DNA of 63,440 nt, counting the filler, from Octopus bimaculoides (taxonomy: Eukaryota), in NCBI RefSeq assembly GCF_001194135.2. It is 7 parts of 7 records of this genome, joined end to end, with 100 filler letters (N's around TTAATTAATTAA, not from the genome) between each part and the next. Parts side by side here need not be neighbours in the genome. Positions count along the whole stretch, not along the records: positions 62,069 to 63,440 come from NW_026355645.1; 6 more parts are not named here. One strand, given 5' to 3'. The notes under the pieces are model-generated. The model saw only the letters and a list, made by a program, of their open reading frames with translations, made no database searches and had not been told where the DNA came from. The position numbers and the translations under genes are program-made. Of the stretch, positions 62,629 through 63,440 are shown piece by piece. How positions within the stretch are numbered: the stretch's first letter is position 1; every line of letters begins with the position of its first letter.

Positions 62629-63440
62629 AATGTTCTCGTTCAATATCAGAACACAAATGTATTTATTTTTTTGGCATTTTCTATAATATTTAATTTATAA
62701 GGAAAAGTATTTCTAAACTTCCCATTTATTGTGTTCTTTGTCATAGTTTGATGATGTCTCAGTTGATAAGAATACTTCACAGAGATTTATTGGGGTATAT
62801 TCTTGAAATAACTAACAACTAAAGGATTATTAAACTTGCTCCAAGTGATAAGATACATATCCAGACATCACAGTCTTTACATATAAAAATTTGAGTTAAG
62901 ATTTCTTTCTTGGAAATAATCACAGTTCAACAGAAATATTTCATAACCATTCGACCAAGAATTGTAGAAACAGGCTGACATCATCTTGAAATTATTTCTA
63001 GTCTTCATAAGTTAAGTATATTGATAATTTTCAATAATTTTTTTTTATTTCAATGTCATCTGATAATCTGAAATAAAAAGACAAAATAAAACATAAGGGA
63101 CAATGAAGTACTAATATGAAGATTATCACACAGAAAGTTAATTGATAACAGATATNNNNNNNNNNAGTACTAATATGAAGATTATCACACAGAAAGTTAA
63201 TTGATAACAGATATTGCAAGTTCAATTAGTGAGAAAGAGTCAGAGCATACTTAGAGAAAAGATACTCTGGTATAGTAGTGTAATGAAAATGGATATGAGG
63301 ACTATGAGTGTGAATCTTGAAATAAAGATCCTCAGGTGACCACTGGACATTATACCAAGCTCTGCAGAACATTACTTGAACATTACAATATCATATCTTT
63401 CATCAGATCCAGGCAAATAAAAACACATACCTACACCAAA

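Noticed and set aside
63107-63214. 49-bp perfect direct repeat flanking a 10-N gap
   Set aside because: Typical unmerged contig overlap; an assembly artefact rather than a tandem duplication.
1-63440. CRISPR arrays, operons, prokaryotic defence systems, rRNA or true tRNA genes
   Set aside because: None seen. The DNA is eukaryotic, and the tRNA-like sequences are SINE heads without complete cloverleaves.

Overview
AT-rich animal genomic DNA, dense in microsatellites and heavily gapped. It is most likely an octopus or other coleoid cephalopod (inferred from the repeat families and zinc-finger style; not verified by search). The window is not one locus: it is seven scaffolds joined by six identical synthetic 100-nt spacers (44 N + TTAATTAATTAA + 44 N), so neighbours across a spacer are not biologically adjacent. 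Most long ORFs in the track are artefacts of N runs or simple repeats. Two host-gene fragments are supported: an adhesion (family B/7tm_2) GPCR with two exons (59980-60124, which is missing from the ORF track, and 61615-61968), and a tandem C2H2 zinc-finger gene (62069-62628, minus). The rest is decayed mobile DNA: three tRNA-derived SINE families, R4/Dong-type RLE LINEs, L1/Tx1-type pieces, Penelope-like remnants, mariner, a Tigger-like MITE and an Academ-like remnant. The most interesting structures are: (i) a 1.62-kb ORF1-only L1/Tx1-like element inserted with a 5-bp target-site duplication into the tRNA-derived head of a SINE, with a second, divergent ORF1 element starting about 10 nt further along the same SINE head; (ii) a 388-bp MITE with 89-bp terminal inverted repeats and an 8-bp TSD carrying head-to-head TTAGGG/CCCTAA telomere-like arrays; (iii) an ~850-bp foldback; and (iv) repeated insertion of other elements into the internal microsatellite of one SINE family.
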